From an uncultured virus (IMG/VR IMGVR_UViG_3300033076_001104) (Duplodnaviria; Heunggongvirae; Uroviricota; Caudoviricetes), in IMG/VR virus record IMGVR_UViG_3300033076_001104: 62,485 bases of DNA; one strand, given 5' to 3'. A program made the translations under genes and the position numbers. The stretch's first letter is position 1. The number at the start of each line of letters is the position of its first letter. Below are positions 28,927 through 39,531 of the stretch, piece by piece. The notes beneath the pieces are model-generated. The model was not told the DNA's origin, did not search any database, and saw nothing but the letters and a program-made list of their open reading frames with translations.

Positions 28927-30821
28927 TGAGTAAGGTAAATGACGCTAAAAACAAATTAAAATCCAGAATTGAGGCCATCAAAAAAATTAATGATGACCCC
29001 AAGGATATTGTTGACAATCTGTACGATAAGTACATGAAAGATTTACCGTCTACTGATAAATTATATGGGAAAAAGGTTGGAGATTTTTTAAGTGATAGGA
29101 AGAAAAGAATAGATAACAAACAAGATATTTTTGGTGAAATTATGGAAATCGCCAATTCTGTTTTAAATTCTAACACTAAAAAACCAGATAAAACAGTACC
29201 AACCAAACTTTTCTCAACTAGTCGTTTAAAGTTTCACGCACAAAATGCAACACACAAAACATTAGATAAATCTAAAGACATTATTTTAGATAATGTTAAA
29301 AAGATATTTTTTGCATCAGATGGTATTTGTGGAACAAATCAAACATTACCAATTACACCAGTAATTTTAAAACCAAAAGAGTTTGACATATTAAATGTTT
29401 TAACCGTTGACCCAACAAGTGCAACAGGTAAAATTGTGTATGAATCAACTAATTCATCCACAAAAACAAAAGTTAATACTGAATTATATAGTTCATTTTC
29501 AAGTGGTTTATTTGAAATGAGTAGTGGTTCAGGTGATTCGTTATTTGATATGACATGGAGTGATTCAAGTCAAGAATGGACGGTTACAGGATTAAATAGT
29601 TCAGGAAATGTTGAGTCATTTTTAAATAGTTATTACTCATCAGTTGAGTTACCTGATATAACACACATAATCAAAACCTCAATGTTAATGACAATTAACA
29701 GTGGTGAATCATCACCATTATTTGATAAAGGGTTAAATGATGTTAATCGTCTTTTAAAAAAATTATGTGCAATTTGTGGAACACCAACAGATAGAAACCA
29801 ATTATCAAATCAAAATGCGGTTGATTTATTTGATGAAAATGATCAAGATTTAGAATCATATTTTGATTTTGATGATGTTGAAGGAATTGATTTAGATGAT
29901 GAGGACGCGAGATATAGAAAAGTATTAAGATTCACCGATTGTAATAATTTTGAAGTTCCGGTGAATCAAACAATGTTAGAAGACTTTATCTATTTGGCAT
30001 ATAAAAAGAATCCTAACGATTTAGTTGATTCAACATTGAATAGAGTGGCAGCAGATGCATTTGCGCAATCAGATAGTTCAATTCCTGAATTACAATTTAA
30101 TTTGAATATCCTTAATTTATTTATTTTAAATTTACCTAAGGCATTAATGATGTCTGCCTTAACTCCTAAAATATTTTTACCAATTGTTTTAATTTATAAA
30201 TTATTTAAATCGGGAGCAAGTCAGGCAATTGAAGGTGCGAAGGTCTTAATGAAAAATTTACGTAAATTATTTAACGGTATAATTTCGGATTTATATTGGT
30301 TATTTATTAGAGAATTTTGGAAATTAATCAAAGTTGATTTAATTGCGTTTGTTTTAAAAATTGTTAAAAAAATATTAAAGAATAAATACAAAAGATACGT
30401 TCTTATTTTAACCGCATTAATTGCAATTTTAACTAAAATTTTGGAAGACGGTATAGATAACTGTTTTGCAATTTTCACAACAATATTAAATGCTATTCAG
30501 GGTGCGATGAATATGCCCGCACCACTTTCGGTACCCGGTATATTACTCGGACTTTCAGATAAATTACCTGGTTATAGTCAAGATAGGGCATATTTGAATA
30601 TAGTGGAAAGATTAGAAAATATGGGTATCTCTATTGGTCCTGTTTTTGGTGAACCAAATAATTTACCCACAATAGTTAAATCAATAATTGATGGTAACAC
30701 AGAAGAATTGGATACCAATTCATTTGTTAAAGTGTCAAATTCAGAAATAATAATTCCAACACCTGTCGGACCAGTAATCATACCGCCGGGTATATTAAAC
30801 AGTGCCGGTAAAATATTTTAA
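28926..30821 (+). CDS. Hypothetical protein, probable virion/baseplate component
   Basis: 631-aa ORF in late operon upstream of the gp5-like gene; hydrophobic helices and C-terminal PTPVGP. Confidence 0.55.
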   Translation: MSKVNDAKNKLKSRIEAIKKINDDPKDIVDNLYDKYMKDLPSTDKLYGKKVGDFLSDRKKRIDNKQDIFGEIMEIANSVLNSNTKKPDKTVPTKLFSTSRLKFHAQNATHKTLDKSKDIILDNVKKIFFASDGICGTNQTLPITPVILKPKEFDILNVLTVDPTSATGKIVYESTNSSTKTKVNTELYSSFSSGLFEMSSGSGDSLFDMTWSDSSQEWTVTGLNSSGNVESFLNSYYSSVELPDITHIIKTSMLMTINSGESSPLFDKGLNDVNRLLKKLCAICGTPTDRNQLSNQNAVDLFDENDQDLESYFDFDDVEGIDLDDEDARYRKVLRFTDCNNFEVPVNQTMLEDFIYLAYKKNPNDLVDSTLNRVAADAFAQSDSSIPELQFNLNILNLFILNLPKALMMSALTPKIFLPIVLIYKLFKSGASQAIEGAKVLMKNLRKLFNGIISDLYWLFIREFWKLIKVDLIAFVLKIVKKILKNKYKRYVLILTALIAILTKILEDGIDNCFAIFTTILNAIQGAMNMPAPLSVPGILLGLSDKLPGYSQDRAYLNIVERLENMGISIGPVFGEPNNLPTIVKSIIDGNTEELDTNSFVKVSNSEIIIPTPVGPVIIPPGILNSAGKIF

Positions 30822-30822
30822 T

Positions 30823-31020
30823 ATGGAATTAAATAAAATAGTTGAAGTATCAAATGATGTGGAAAATAAATCTAATAAAGATTTATTTTTGGCATTAGAG
30901 ACATTATCAATAGAGTTCGAAAAAACAAAAACATTAATCATCGATTTAACTAGACATTTAGAATCGATTGAAGGTATGTATAATAATATTAATAAAGAAA
31001 TCGGTAAAAGAACAAAATGA
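30823..31020 (+). CDS. Small coiled-coil hypothetical protein
   Basis: MELNKIVEV...; ATG directly after the upstream stop; ATGA overlap with the next gene. Confidence 0.6.
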   Translation: MELNKIVEVSNDVENKSNKDLFLALETLSIEFEKTKTLIIDLTRHLESIEGMYNNINKEIGKRTK

Positions 31021-32579
31021 AAATAATTGATATTGGTGTTTGTATTGATAACAAAGACCCTAAAGGTTTAGGTAGAATACGATGTGTTCGTTTTTCGGAT
31101 TATGTTTCTGAAAAAGAAAAAGCAGACAAATATGAACCATTTTCAGAAAATGATTTGTTCATGGCATTACCGTTTTTACCCGCAAATATTAACTTTATTC
31201 CTGAAATTGACCAAGCGGTAAAAATTCTTAATTATAATACCGAAAAAGAAAATGTTAATATTGAGTATGTTGCGGGGCCTTTTACTACAACATTCAACTT
31301 CAACGATCAAAATTTCTCACCACAAACAAGTGACACAACATATGGTAGAACCATAAAACAAAAAAAGGACATTTTTGATAAAAATCAAAACTACAAAAAG
31401 AAAAAATCCATCGGTTCAATTGCAAAAAAAGAACATTACGGTGTCTATGGAAAATATGGTTCTGATTTAATTTTCACAGATAACGGACTTCAACTTAGAG
31501 GAGGTAAATTATTATCAAAAGAGAGAGCTAATCCAAAAGATAGGGCGGATATATACTCATTTCCAATAATGTCTAAAAAGAATTCAACTCTGACATTAAA
31601 GAAATTTCCATATAAAATGGAATTAGTTCCTCAAGAAACTAAAGTAGAAACAAGTGAAACTAAAGATATTAATTTCTTAATTGAATATAATTTAGTCAAT
31701 AATAGTGGAGCAACATCAATCTCTAATCCATATTCTTTAAGATTTTATGTATATAAAATAACTAAACCATATGGTGATTTATTTAAAAGTAATGCGTTTA
31801 ATGAAAATACAATTGTACCATCTAATTTAAAAAAATTAGTTAATGTTGAAAATGACGGGATTAGTCCAACTCACGAAATCATTTTAAATAGTACTAACCA
31901 AAACGACATTGCGGGTGAAATTAGAGACATTTTATATACATTACATGAAAAGAATTTAAAAGGTATCAATCCATTATATAATGGAGACGATATACATCCT
32001 TTCTTTTTTAGACCATACAATGAATTCGTAACAATAACAGGAACAACATCCGAAATGAACCTTAAGAAAAGTATTTTATCAAGTATTAAAGTTTATGGAA
32101 TTGGTCCAAAAAGTGGTATGATTTTCTCATTAGGTAACGTTAACCCAAGAGTAACGTCATCTAAAGTTACAAAACAAGTAATTAAAGTCGATAAAAATTC
32201 TGACGAACAATCATTTTCATCATTAAGATCGGATAAAGTTTATTTACTGTCGACAGACACAAATAAACCCGAAAATCCAAAAAATTATACAAAAGAAGGT
32301 TCACCTGTACCAACACCAATTAAGTTTGAGAATTTAGATTCATATGATTTAACTCAAAATAATTACGTAGAGGATATTGACCCAAATACATACGCATTAG
32401 TTAGGGGTGACAATTTGGTTAATCTTTTAAGAACCTTAATCACCGTATTTGAAAAACACCAACATAACGTCGTGGGTCCACCCGTTTTAAGTGCGGAATT
32501 CGAAGAATACCAAGATTTATTGAAATTAAAGGACGGTATTGTTAACGATTTATTGAATCAATCAATTCGAATCAATTAA
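31017..32579 (+). CDS. Baseplate hub / central spike protein (T4 gp5/VgrG OB-fold N-terminus)
   Basis: GVCIDNKDPKGLGRIRC...ALPFLP....PEIDQAV OB-fold; C-terminal LVRGDNLVNLL...HQH metal-binding spike motif. Confidence 0.7.
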   Translation: MKIIDIGVCIDNKDPKGLGRIRCVRFSDYVSEKEKADKYEPFSENDLFMALPFLPANINFIPEIDQAVKILNYNTEKENVNIEYVAGPFTTTFNFNDQNFSPQTSDTTYGRTIKQKKDIFDKNQNYKKKKSIGSIAKKEHYGVYGKYGSDLIFTDNGLQLRGGKLLSKERANPKDRADIYSFPIMSKKNSTLTLKKFPYKMELVPQETKVETSETKDINFLIEYNLVNNSGATSISNPYSLRFYVYKITKPYGDLFKSNAFNENTIVPSNLKKLVNVENDGISPTHEIILNSTNQNDIAGEIRDILYTLHEKNLKGINPLYNGDDIHPFFFRPYNEFVTITGTTSEMNLKKSILSSIKVYGIGPKSGMIFSLGNVNPRVTSSKVTKQVIKVDKNSDEQSFSSLRSDKVYLLSTDTNKPENPKNYTKEGSPVPTPIKFENLDSYDLTQNNYVEDIDPNTYALVRGDNLVNLLRTLITVFEKHQHNVVGPPVLSAEFEEYQDLLKLKDGIVNDLLNQSIRIN

Positions 32580-32603
32580 TTTGATATTTATTAAATAAAA
32601 AAG

Positions 32604-33974
32604 ATGTCATATTTTCGTTCATATTTTGAGAAAAACAATACTATAATTAAGAATTCTCAGGTTAACACATCAAAAAACCCGACCACCGAGATATTCTATG
32701 GTAGTGGGTTTTCTAAATTTATTTTTAAAGTAGATTTTACCGAATTACAAAATAAAATAGAAAACGGTGATTTGGTTATCACACCTGAAACTACACACAA
32801 ATTACATTTAACCAACACAATTTTTGGTGATGAAACCTTTTTGGGTGCAAAAAGAGGTACAGGAAGACAAAGAACAAATTCTTTTGATTTGATTGTTTTT
32901 GAGGTACCTGAGTTTTGGGATGAAGGTTTAGGTTTTGACTATGAAGACGGTGGATATGATTTCACCACAGGAAACGTGACGTTTGATGAGAGACCATCAA
33001 ACTGGTTTAATAGAACTACTCTTAATGGTTGGTCAGTAGAAGGAATTTACTCAGATTCCCCAACAATCATTCAAACAATTCATTTTGATAATGGTAATGA
33101 AGATATTAATGTTGATATTACCGATTACGTTAATAACGTTTTAAATGGTGAAGTTACACATGGGTTGGGATTAGCATTTGCGGTGTTATATCAGAATATT
33201 GAGTCTGAAGTGGACCAATCGGTTGCATTCTTTTCAATGTATACTCAAACATTTTTTGAACCTTACGTTGAATCTTTTTTTAATGATAGAATTGATGACG
33301 ATAGGTCAAATTTTGTTGAAAAAACAGAACAAAATCTTTATTTGTATATAACAAAAGGAACGAATTTTTATGATTTGGATAATTTACCGTTAGTGGATAT
33401 TAAAAATACATCAGGAGTTATTATCGATGGATTAGAAAACATAGAAGCAGTAAAAGTTAAAAAAGGTGTTTATAAAATTACTTTTGGTTTAACAGGTGTG
33501 TTGTGTGATGGAAAAAGATTTTACAATGACTGTTGGAAAAATTTATCAATAGATGGTATAAATGTGGATGATGTTTGTCAAAAATTCATACCTAAACCAT
33601 TATCATCATTATATAGTATTGGTGAAAACCCAAAAGAATCTGATAGATATGCTATTCAATTTTTTGGGGTTAGACAAAATGAAAAAGTGGTTAGAGGTGA
33701 AAATAGAAAAATTGTAATTACGTTTAGATCGATTAATGAATCTAAACCAATACTATTTGACGAGGTTTTTTATAGAATGTATATAAAAGAAGGTAGAACA
33801 AATGTAATAATTCATGATTGGACTCAATTAGATGTAACAAATGAAAATTCATTTAATTTAGATACCTCAGTTTACATACCAAGAGAATACTACATAGAAA
33901 TTAAAGGAAAAACACATTCTGAAGAAATTTTCTATGAAAATGAAATAAAATTTGAAATTGTGTCAGAAAAATAA
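32604..33974 (+). CDS. Hypothetical virion structural protein
   Basis: 456-aa beta-rich ORF (WDEGLGFD, SNWF, FF...T.TFFEP); late motif upstream. Confidence 0.6.
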   Translation: MSYFRSYFEKNNTIIKNSQVNTSKNPTTEIFYGSGFSKFIFKVDFTELQNKIENGDLVITPETTHKLHLTNTIFGDETFLGAKRGTGRQRTNSFDLIVFEVPEFWDEGLGFDYEDGGYDFTTGNVTFDERPSNWFNRTTLNGWSVEGIYSDSPTIIQTIHFDNGNEDINVDITDYVNNVLNGEVTHGLGLAFAVLYQNIESEVDQSVAFFSMYTQTFFEPYVESFFNDRIDDDRSNFVEKTEQNLYLYITKGTNFYDLDNLPLVDIKNTSGVIIDGLENIEAVKVKKGVYKITFGLTGVLCDGKRFYNDCWKNLSIDGINVDDVCQKFIPKPLSSLYSIGENPKESDRYAIQFFGVRQNEKVVRGENRKIVITFRSINESKPILFDEVFYRMYIKEGRTNVIIHDWTQLDVTNENSFNLDTSVYIPREYYIEIKGKTHSEEIFYENEIKFEIVSEK

Positions 33975-33987
33975 AATATTTATCTAT

Positions 33988-34446
33988 ATGAATTTAAACG
34001 AATTAATCAAAAAACATCTTAACACTATCGTTAAAGAAAACGAAAAGAGTGGTGAAAATTATATGTTCTTCAGTAATTTAGAACAAATTAAAAGACAATG
34101 TGATTTATTATTGAGTTTTGACCAAAACATGATAAATCAATTATTATCTAACGGTCACGATTGGGCGGATGATCACGTATCAACAGCAAAAGAAAACATG
34201 GACCAAGTATTTGATTTCATAATGAATGAAAAGGAACGTGGTAATGAAGAAATGGATGAGAGTTATCTTAATGAAGAATATCAAATAGACGAAAGTAAAA
34301 ATTGTCCGACTGACCCCGCAAAATGGGCAGCATCAAAGGCGAAGGCAAAAAGTAAATTTGACGTTTATCCTTCCGCATATGCGAATGGTTTTGCCGCTAA
34401 AGATTATAAATCAAAAGGTGGTAAATGGAAAAAATGTAAAAAGTAA
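33988..34446 (+). CDS. Hypothetical protein (putative head-internal protein) with basic C-terminal YPSAYANG module
   Basis: Start MNLNELIKK, 4 nt after TATTTAT; NYMFF/GHDWA.DH module, then CPTDPAKW...FDVYPSAYANG...KGGKW. Confidence 0.6.
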   Translation: MNLNELIKKHLNTIVKENEKSGENYMFFSNLEQIKRQCDLLLSFDQNMINQLLSNGHDWADDHVSTAKENMDQVFDFIMNEKERGNEEMDESYLNEEYQIDESKNCPTDPAKWAASKAKAKSKFDVYPSAYANGFAAKDYKSKGGKWKKCKK

Positions 34447-34451
34447 TTGTT

Positions 34452-35426
34452 ATGAAAATACAGGTAAACGAAGAAGATTTAAAATATATTGAAGAATCCA
34501 TCATAAATGGGGAGGTACTTAAGGAAGACCTAAGAAGATGGTTTAAGGAAAAATGGGTCGATGTTTCTAAAAAAGTCGACGGCAAACATCCTCCTTGCGG
34601 TAGAAAGGACGCCGACGGTAAATCTTACCCTAAATGTAGACCATCAAAAAAAGTGTCAAAAGAAACTCCAAAAATTGCATCTTCATATGATAAAAAAGAG
34701 AAGAAGGCAATGACTTCACAAAAAAGAAGGGCAGAAAAAAAAGATCCTAAAGTTGGCAAGGGAAACAAACCGACAATGACAAGATTTGACGAAGGACAAC
34801 AAACAATAAGTTTGGTTATTGAGAATATAAATAAAACACAAAACGGACCTAAATTAAGTTCATCAATCATCTTAGAAAACAAAAACAATATAAGTGAAGG
34901 TTTAATGTATCATATCGATAACAATAAACCGTTAATTGATAACATTTATAGAGTTTATTCTGAAAAATTTTTTAATTTATTTAACGAGGCAAGACACAAT
35001 TTATCTTTAGGATTTATCGAAGTTGACAACGAGGATAGTGAGATTTTAAAAACGGATATTGGTCTTACGGGTATGTACGAAGGTGAGGAAGTTTATTTAG
35101 ATGTTCCATTTGTAGAAGGTGAAGAAGAATATTTAGTTGAGGCAAAACATAGAGGTCGTAATGTTAAATTAAATAAACCATTTAGAACACCGGGTGGACC
35201 TAAAAAGTTTGCAGTATATGTTAAAACACCAGGTGGAAATATTAAAAAAGTGACGTTTGGTGACCCTAATCTTAGAGTAAGAAGTTCTAATAAAAAAGCA
35301 GCAAAATCTTTTAGAGCGAGACATAAATGTTCTCAAAAAAAGGATAGAACAACTGCGGGTTATTGGAGTTGTAACATATCTAGATATCGTAAAGCGTTAG
35401 GTATCAAATCATCCAACCCATGGTAA
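34452..35426 (+). CDS. Multi-module basic protein (putative head-internal polyprotein)
   Basis: Module 1 LRRWFKEKWVD...CGR...YPKCRP; module 3 KKFAVYVK...VTFGD...SFRARHKC...AGYWSC; modules separated by LxE sites. Confidence 0.65.
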   Translation: MKIQVNEEDLKYIEESIINGEVLKEDLRRWFKEKWVDVSKKVDGKHPPCGRKDADGKSYPKCRPSKKVSKETPKIASSYDKKEKKAMTSQKRRAEKKDPKVGKGNKPTMTRFDEGQQTISLVIENINKTQNGPKLSSSIILENKNNISEGLMYHIDNNKPLIDNIYRVYSEKFFNLFNEARHNLSLGFIEVDNEDSEILKTDIGLTGMYEGEEVYLDVPFVEGEEEYLVEAKHRGRNVKLNKPFRTPGGPKKFAVYVKTPGGNIKKVTFGDPNLRVRSSNKKAAKSFRARHKCSQKKDRTTAGYWSCNISRYRKALGIKSSNPW

Positions 35427-35725
35427 TTGATTACCCATTTAAAGAAGATTTAAAAGACGGATTCAATATTCGTACATTCTCGTCTAATTTAACCGAAATG
35501 GACCTTAAATGGCATTTCGATAATGAAGATAGAATTGTTGTTTGTGAACATAATACCGATTGGATGTTTCAAATGGATGACGAATTACCCCGTAAAATTG
35601 ACAGAAACACCCCTATTTTCATTCCGGAGGGTCGATACCACAGAATCATAGTGGGAAGTGGAGATTTGACCGTAAAAGTCAAGAAATTAATAAAAAAAGA
35701 CTTGGACACCACATTCATTAAGTAA
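35420..35725 (+). CDS. Cupin-fold protein
   Basis: WH.D.EDR...W.FQMD..LP...IFIPEG.YHRI..G. Confidence 0.7.
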   Translation: MVIDYPFKEDLKDGFNIRTFSSNLTEMDLKWHFDNEDRIVVCEHNTDWMFQMDDELPRKIDRNTPIFIPEGRYHRIIVGSGDLTVKVKKLIKKDLDTTFIK

Positions 35726-36127
35726 TTGTAAACTTTTAGATTGTGATTCCTCCCACTTTTCCTTATTTTTAGTTGTACATACTGTTTTACACCAAACAAT
35801 TTTAATTCCACTATTTACAATTCCTCTTGCACAATCCATACATGGCAATCCTGAAGTAAGATATATAGTAGAACCTTTTAAAGGTGTTCCCACTCGTGCA
35901 GCATTATAAATTGCATTACGTTCAGCATGTTCAAACCAGAAGTACTTTTCAGGTCTTTCCTGACGTTCTTGTTTAGAATCGTCCATTCCCCTTGGAAATG
36001 AATTATAACCCGTAGAAAGTACCTCATTGTCTTGACCAACAATAACTGCACCTATCTGTGTTGATTGGTCTTTAGATTTTAACTTAACTTGTTCGGCAAT
36101 CCCTAAAAAATATTCTGTCCAATTCAT
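35687..36127 (-). CDS. dCMP deaminase
   Basis: SKD.STQIGAVIV, GYN, HAERNAI, PCMDC zinc motifs; start MNWTEYF. Confidence 0.93.
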   Translation of the reverse strand: MNWTEYFLGIAEQVKLKSKDQSTQIGAVIVGQDNEVLSTGYNSFPRGMDDSKQERQERPEKYFWFEHAERNAIYNAARVGTPLKGSTIYLTSGLPCMDCARGIVNSGIKIVWCKTVCTTKNKEKWEESQSKSLQLLNECGVQVFFY

Positions 36128-36441
36128 ATTAACTTTATTTTTGACCAATACCACAATCTATTATCGGAATATCTGTTTAGTGATTTGGCCTCTTTTTTCT
36201 CAACAAATTTCCCTATTTGTACTAAATCTGAATGATTTCTTAAATCAATACCCACGTTAAAACCACCATCACATTTTTCATATACGGTGGAATTCATTGG
36301 AGGTTCATACTTACCTTCGTCATCCAATTTTAACATTTTAATCATTTCGTCCTTTTTCATTTTACACTCAATACCTCTTGAGTATATCATCTTTTCAAGG
36401 ACATCCAATCTTAACTTACTATAATCGGTACTTTCACTCAT
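36124..36441 (-). CDS. Hypothetical protein with N-terminal SAP/HeH-like helical motif
   Basis: DYSKLRLDVLEKM..SRGI....KKDEMIKML; host-type promoter directly upstream. Confidence 0.55.
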   Translation of the reverse strand: MSESTDYSKLRLDVLEKMIYSRGIECKMKKDEMIKMLKLDDEGKYEPPMNSTVYEKCDGGFNVGIDLRNHSDLVQIGKFVEKKEAKSLNRYSDNRLWYWSKIKLI

Positions 36442-36446
36442 AAAAA

Positions 36447-36478
36447 CAAATATACATAATATTTTGGAATATACCAAA
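36447..36478 (-). promoter_or_regulatory. Bacteroidota sigmaA-type promoter
   Basis: Minus strand TTTG-N20-TATATTTG, matching the -33/-7 consensus TTTG / TAnnTTTG. Confidence 0.7.
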
Positions 36479-36481
36479 AAC

Positions 36482-36512
36482 AAAAAACCCCCGATTTCTC
36501 GAGGGTTTTTTT
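36482..36512 (-). terminator. Intrinsic terminator after major capsid gene
   Basis: Minus strand AACCCTCGA-GAAA-TCGGGGGTT hairpin followed by a T-run. Confidence 0.85.
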
Positions 36513-36529
36513 ATTATTCAAGATAATGA

Positions 36530-38251
36530 TTATCTTAAAGTATCCAAACTGAATGATGCTAAACCTTTCACGTCGATTACACCGAAGTAACGGTTGTTAA
36601 CCATTTTCTTCGCGTATCTTGTCATGATACCTTTGATAGGAGTCATGTTGAATGGATTATACATTGTTGGAGTTAATTGTAAAGGTACATATGGTGCGTA
36701 GATGTAACCAGCATCCAATAATGATTTACCTTTGTGTCCAATTAACACTTTTCCAGCTGGGAAGTAAGGGTCACGGTATACTTGGTAACGACCAGCTAAT
36801 GTACCGATTTTCTCAATACCCATGTTGTACTGATCTTGCTCAGCACCTGCGTTTGATACGTGGAAATATTCTAAATCATCGAATACTGCAGAAACTTCTG
36901 AAGAAACAACGATCCAGTTAGCACCACCTCTCAAAGTAGTTTTGTGGATTTGAGCTGAAACTTGGTTAATCTTAGTGATTAACGTTTGGTTCCAGTCTTT
37001 TTGAGTGTAACCAGCGAATGATGCTCCACCATTACCATATTTCCACTCATTGTAATCCCACTTCGCTTTCCAAGCCGCACCTTTACGTAAGTCACGTAAG
37101 ATTTCACGGTCAACCTCAGCTGCGATTTGCTCAGATAACAATGCTGTTAACTCAGCCTCAGCGTCGATGTTGTGGAATGCAGAAACGTCTTGAGCCAATT
37201 CAGGAGACCAGCTAGCTCTTAACTTTCTTTCGGTAACTGAAACAGTTACAGAAGATAAGTCGAAAGATACTTCACCGATTTCTTCTTCGAATTCAAGAGA
37301 TGCATATGTACGATAAGTTGCTGTAAAGTCAGCACCAACTAAAGTAGAACCTGCTACTGTGTGGTCTGCGAAACCTGAAGTTGGGTCATAAGTTTGTAAA
37401 TCAACACTTAAATAGATTGCACCTTCTTGGTCACAAATATTGTTGAATTGATTTAAACCTGAACCACCTTTAGCACCGTATTCTACGATACCTTTACCAT
37501 ATTTTTGTGTAACCACGTTGAATGGTAAAGATGCACCGTTTTGAACTTGTGCAGATGAGATTTGTAATGAAGCTAAGAATTCTTCAGTGTCCATAACGTT
37601 ACCGTTAGCACCAATCATCTTACCTTGACCATCTGTAGAGAAACCTTCTAATTTCAAGATTACACTTGATAAAGTTTCACCTGTAGCATATGTTACAGCG
37701 TTACCTGCAGAACCTGCTGAGAATGAATGTAATGAAGAACCTGCAACAGATTGTTCGTTGATTGCTCCTTTAGAGTAATCGAATAATCCTTGATCAGCGT
37801 CATCATTTGCTTCGTAGAAACGGTCATAAAGACTTCTACCACCTTGAGGGTATCCATCAGTTGAGTTACCGTTGCTTGGGTATCCAAATGGAGCGTAGTG
37901 GTTAGAACCATCTCTCTCTTGGATTTTAGGTACGAAGTAGAACAATTTACCGATAGGTAAGTTCATTGCTTGTACTGAAACGATATCGTTCGCTAATAAT
38001 TTAGAGAACACACGACGAATGATAGGGAATACCACTGTCTCGAATGAACCACTAGCATCAGAAACTGCTGCTTCGTTGATTAAATAAGACGCTTGGTTTT
38101 CATACAATTGCGCGATGTTATCTTTTTGGTGACCGTCTAGACCTTCTAAAAATCCTAAGTCATCCCATTTTTTGATGGTATCTTCTTTGATAACACGTAA
38201 GTGCTTAAGACCGATGTTACCTACCATACCTGATTCTAATAATGCTCCCAT
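36530..38251 (-). CDS. Major capsid protein (T4 gp23-like)
   Basis: PIIRRVF, VSVQAMNLP.G, RKLRASWSPELAQD..AFH.IDAEAEL, EVDREI, YAPYVPL, P.KGIMTRY. Confidence 0.96.
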   Translation of the reverse strand: MGALLESGMVGNIGLKHLRVIKEDTIKKWDDLGFLEGLDGHQKDNIAQLYENQASYLINEAAVSDASGSFETVVFPIIRRVFSKLLANDIVSVQAMNLPIGKLFYFVPKIQERDGSNHYAPFGYPSNGNSTDGYPQGGRSLYDRFYEANDDADQGLFDYSKGAINEQSVAGSSLHSFSAGSAGNAVTYATGETLSSVILKLEGFSTDGQGKMIGANGNVMDTEEFLASLQISSAQVQNGASLPFNVVTQKYGKGIVEYGAKGGSGLNQFNNICDQEGAIYLSVDLQTYDPTSGFADHTVAGSTLVGADFTATYRTYASLEFEEEIGEVSFDLSSVTVSVTERKLRASWSPELAQDVSAFHNIDAEAELTALLSEQIAAEVDREILRDLRKGAAWKAKWDYNEWKYGNGGASFAGYTQKDWNQTLITKINQVSAQIHKTTLRGGANWIVVSSEVSAVFDDLEYFHVSNAGAEQDQYNMGIEKIGTLAGRYQVYRDPYFPAGKVLIGHKGKSLLDAGYIYAPYVPLQLTPTMYNPFNMTPIKGIMTRYAKKMVNNRYFGVIDVKGLASFSLDTLR

Positions 38252-38286
38252 TTTTGGTATTTTTTTGTTTTTTGTTTTTTATTTTA

Positions 38287-39450
38287 TTATTTTATTTTTC
38301 CCATTAAATCTTTCATTCTCTTGAATTGTGGATTTTCGTAGGCCTTAGCCTCAGCCAACATTTCTTGAGATGCTGATGTTTGTGGGGTTGAAGAGATTTT
38401 CTCAACCACAGATTCTGTAACTGGTTTTTTAGTATCCAATTCAGACTTAATTGTGTTGAATAAATTTTTAGATTCATTCATTGTTGAAACTGAATCAAAT
38501 CTCTTTAGAATATTCAATTTCTCTTGTTTCGTTGTTGAATGTTCTGTGAACAAACGAGTAGCATATGCCAAGTTAGCATTGAATACTGCAACCTCATTAA
38601 GTTTCTCTTTGAAAAGAACTAATGCCTTTTTATATTCAGCATTTTGATTTTTCAAAGTCTCAATTTCTTCATTCATCTCATGACGACCTGCCTTGAATTT
38701 TTTACCTTGGTCAGCTGGTTTTCTAACGTCATTTGCGAATGTTCTTGCGGCTTCAGTTGCTTCAACTTCTTTAACTTCTTCTTCCTCTTCTTCAGAAGAT
38801 TCTTCTTTTTGCTCCTCTTCTTCATCTAATTCGATTTCATAGATGGATTCTTCAGTCGTCTCTTCTTCTTCAGCGATTTCTGATTCCTCATCTTCTCCAT
38901 CAAGTTTGATGATGTATTCGTCACCATCCATGTCCACTTCAATATCGTCTCCGTCTTTTTTAACAACAATTCCATCTTCAGGTTTCATTGCTTTGAATAC
39001 TTTAAGAACTTCATCATCTGAAGCACCTGTCATATCCATAACATCGTCATCTGCAGGGAAATCGTCACCACCAAAGTCATCTGTAGGTAATTCATCTTCA
39101 CCTTCAGAATCCATTCCGTCAACGTCTTTCATTGGATCTTCATTATCGAGGTTGTCTACATTTTCTTCGTCACCTTCTTCTTCACCAGCAGTTTCATCTT
39201 CGCCAGCTTCGTCTTCAGGTTGTTCAGACATATCGTTTTCCTCTTCTTCAGGTTGAACCTCTTCAGTTTCAGCAACTTCTTCAGATGCTTCAACTTCTAC
39301 AGACTCTTCCTCTTCTTCTGACTCTTTTAGCAATTCATTAAGTCCTTCCTTCATTGTTGAAGCAAGTATACCTTTTGCATTTTGCTTTACAGCCTCTTCA
39401 AGTGTTTGTACTTGAAGTAACGCTTGTTCTAAAATTGATTTTTCAGTCAT
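38287..39450 (-). CDS. Prohead core scaffolding protein (T4 gp22-like)
   Basis: Very acidic coiled-coil protein between protease and capsid genes; many LxE/IxE sites. Confidence 0.8.
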   Translation of the reverse strand: MTEKSILEQALLQVQTLEEAVKQNAKGILASTMKEGLNELLKESEEEEESVEVEASEEVAETEEVQPEEEENDMSEQPEDEAGEDETAGEEEGDEENVDNLDNEDPMKDVDGMDSEGEDELPTDDFGGDDFPADDDVMDMTGASDDEVLKVFKAMKPEDGIVVKKDGDDIEVDMDGDEYIIKLDGEDEESEIAEEEETTEESIYEIELDEEEEQKEESSEEEEEEVKEVEATEAARTFANDVRKPADQGKKFKAGRHEMNEEIETLKNQNAEYKKALVLFKEKLNEVAVFNANLAYATRLFTEHSTTKQEKLNILKRFDSVSTMNESKNLFNTIKSELDTKKPVTESVVEKISSTPQTSASQEMLAEAKAYENPQFKRMKDLMGKIK

Positions 39451-39531
39451 TTTTTTTGTTTTATTACTCTATAAATATTATGATTTTTTAAAAAATCCTA
39501 TATTTCGTTATTGAAATCGTTATAAAATTTA

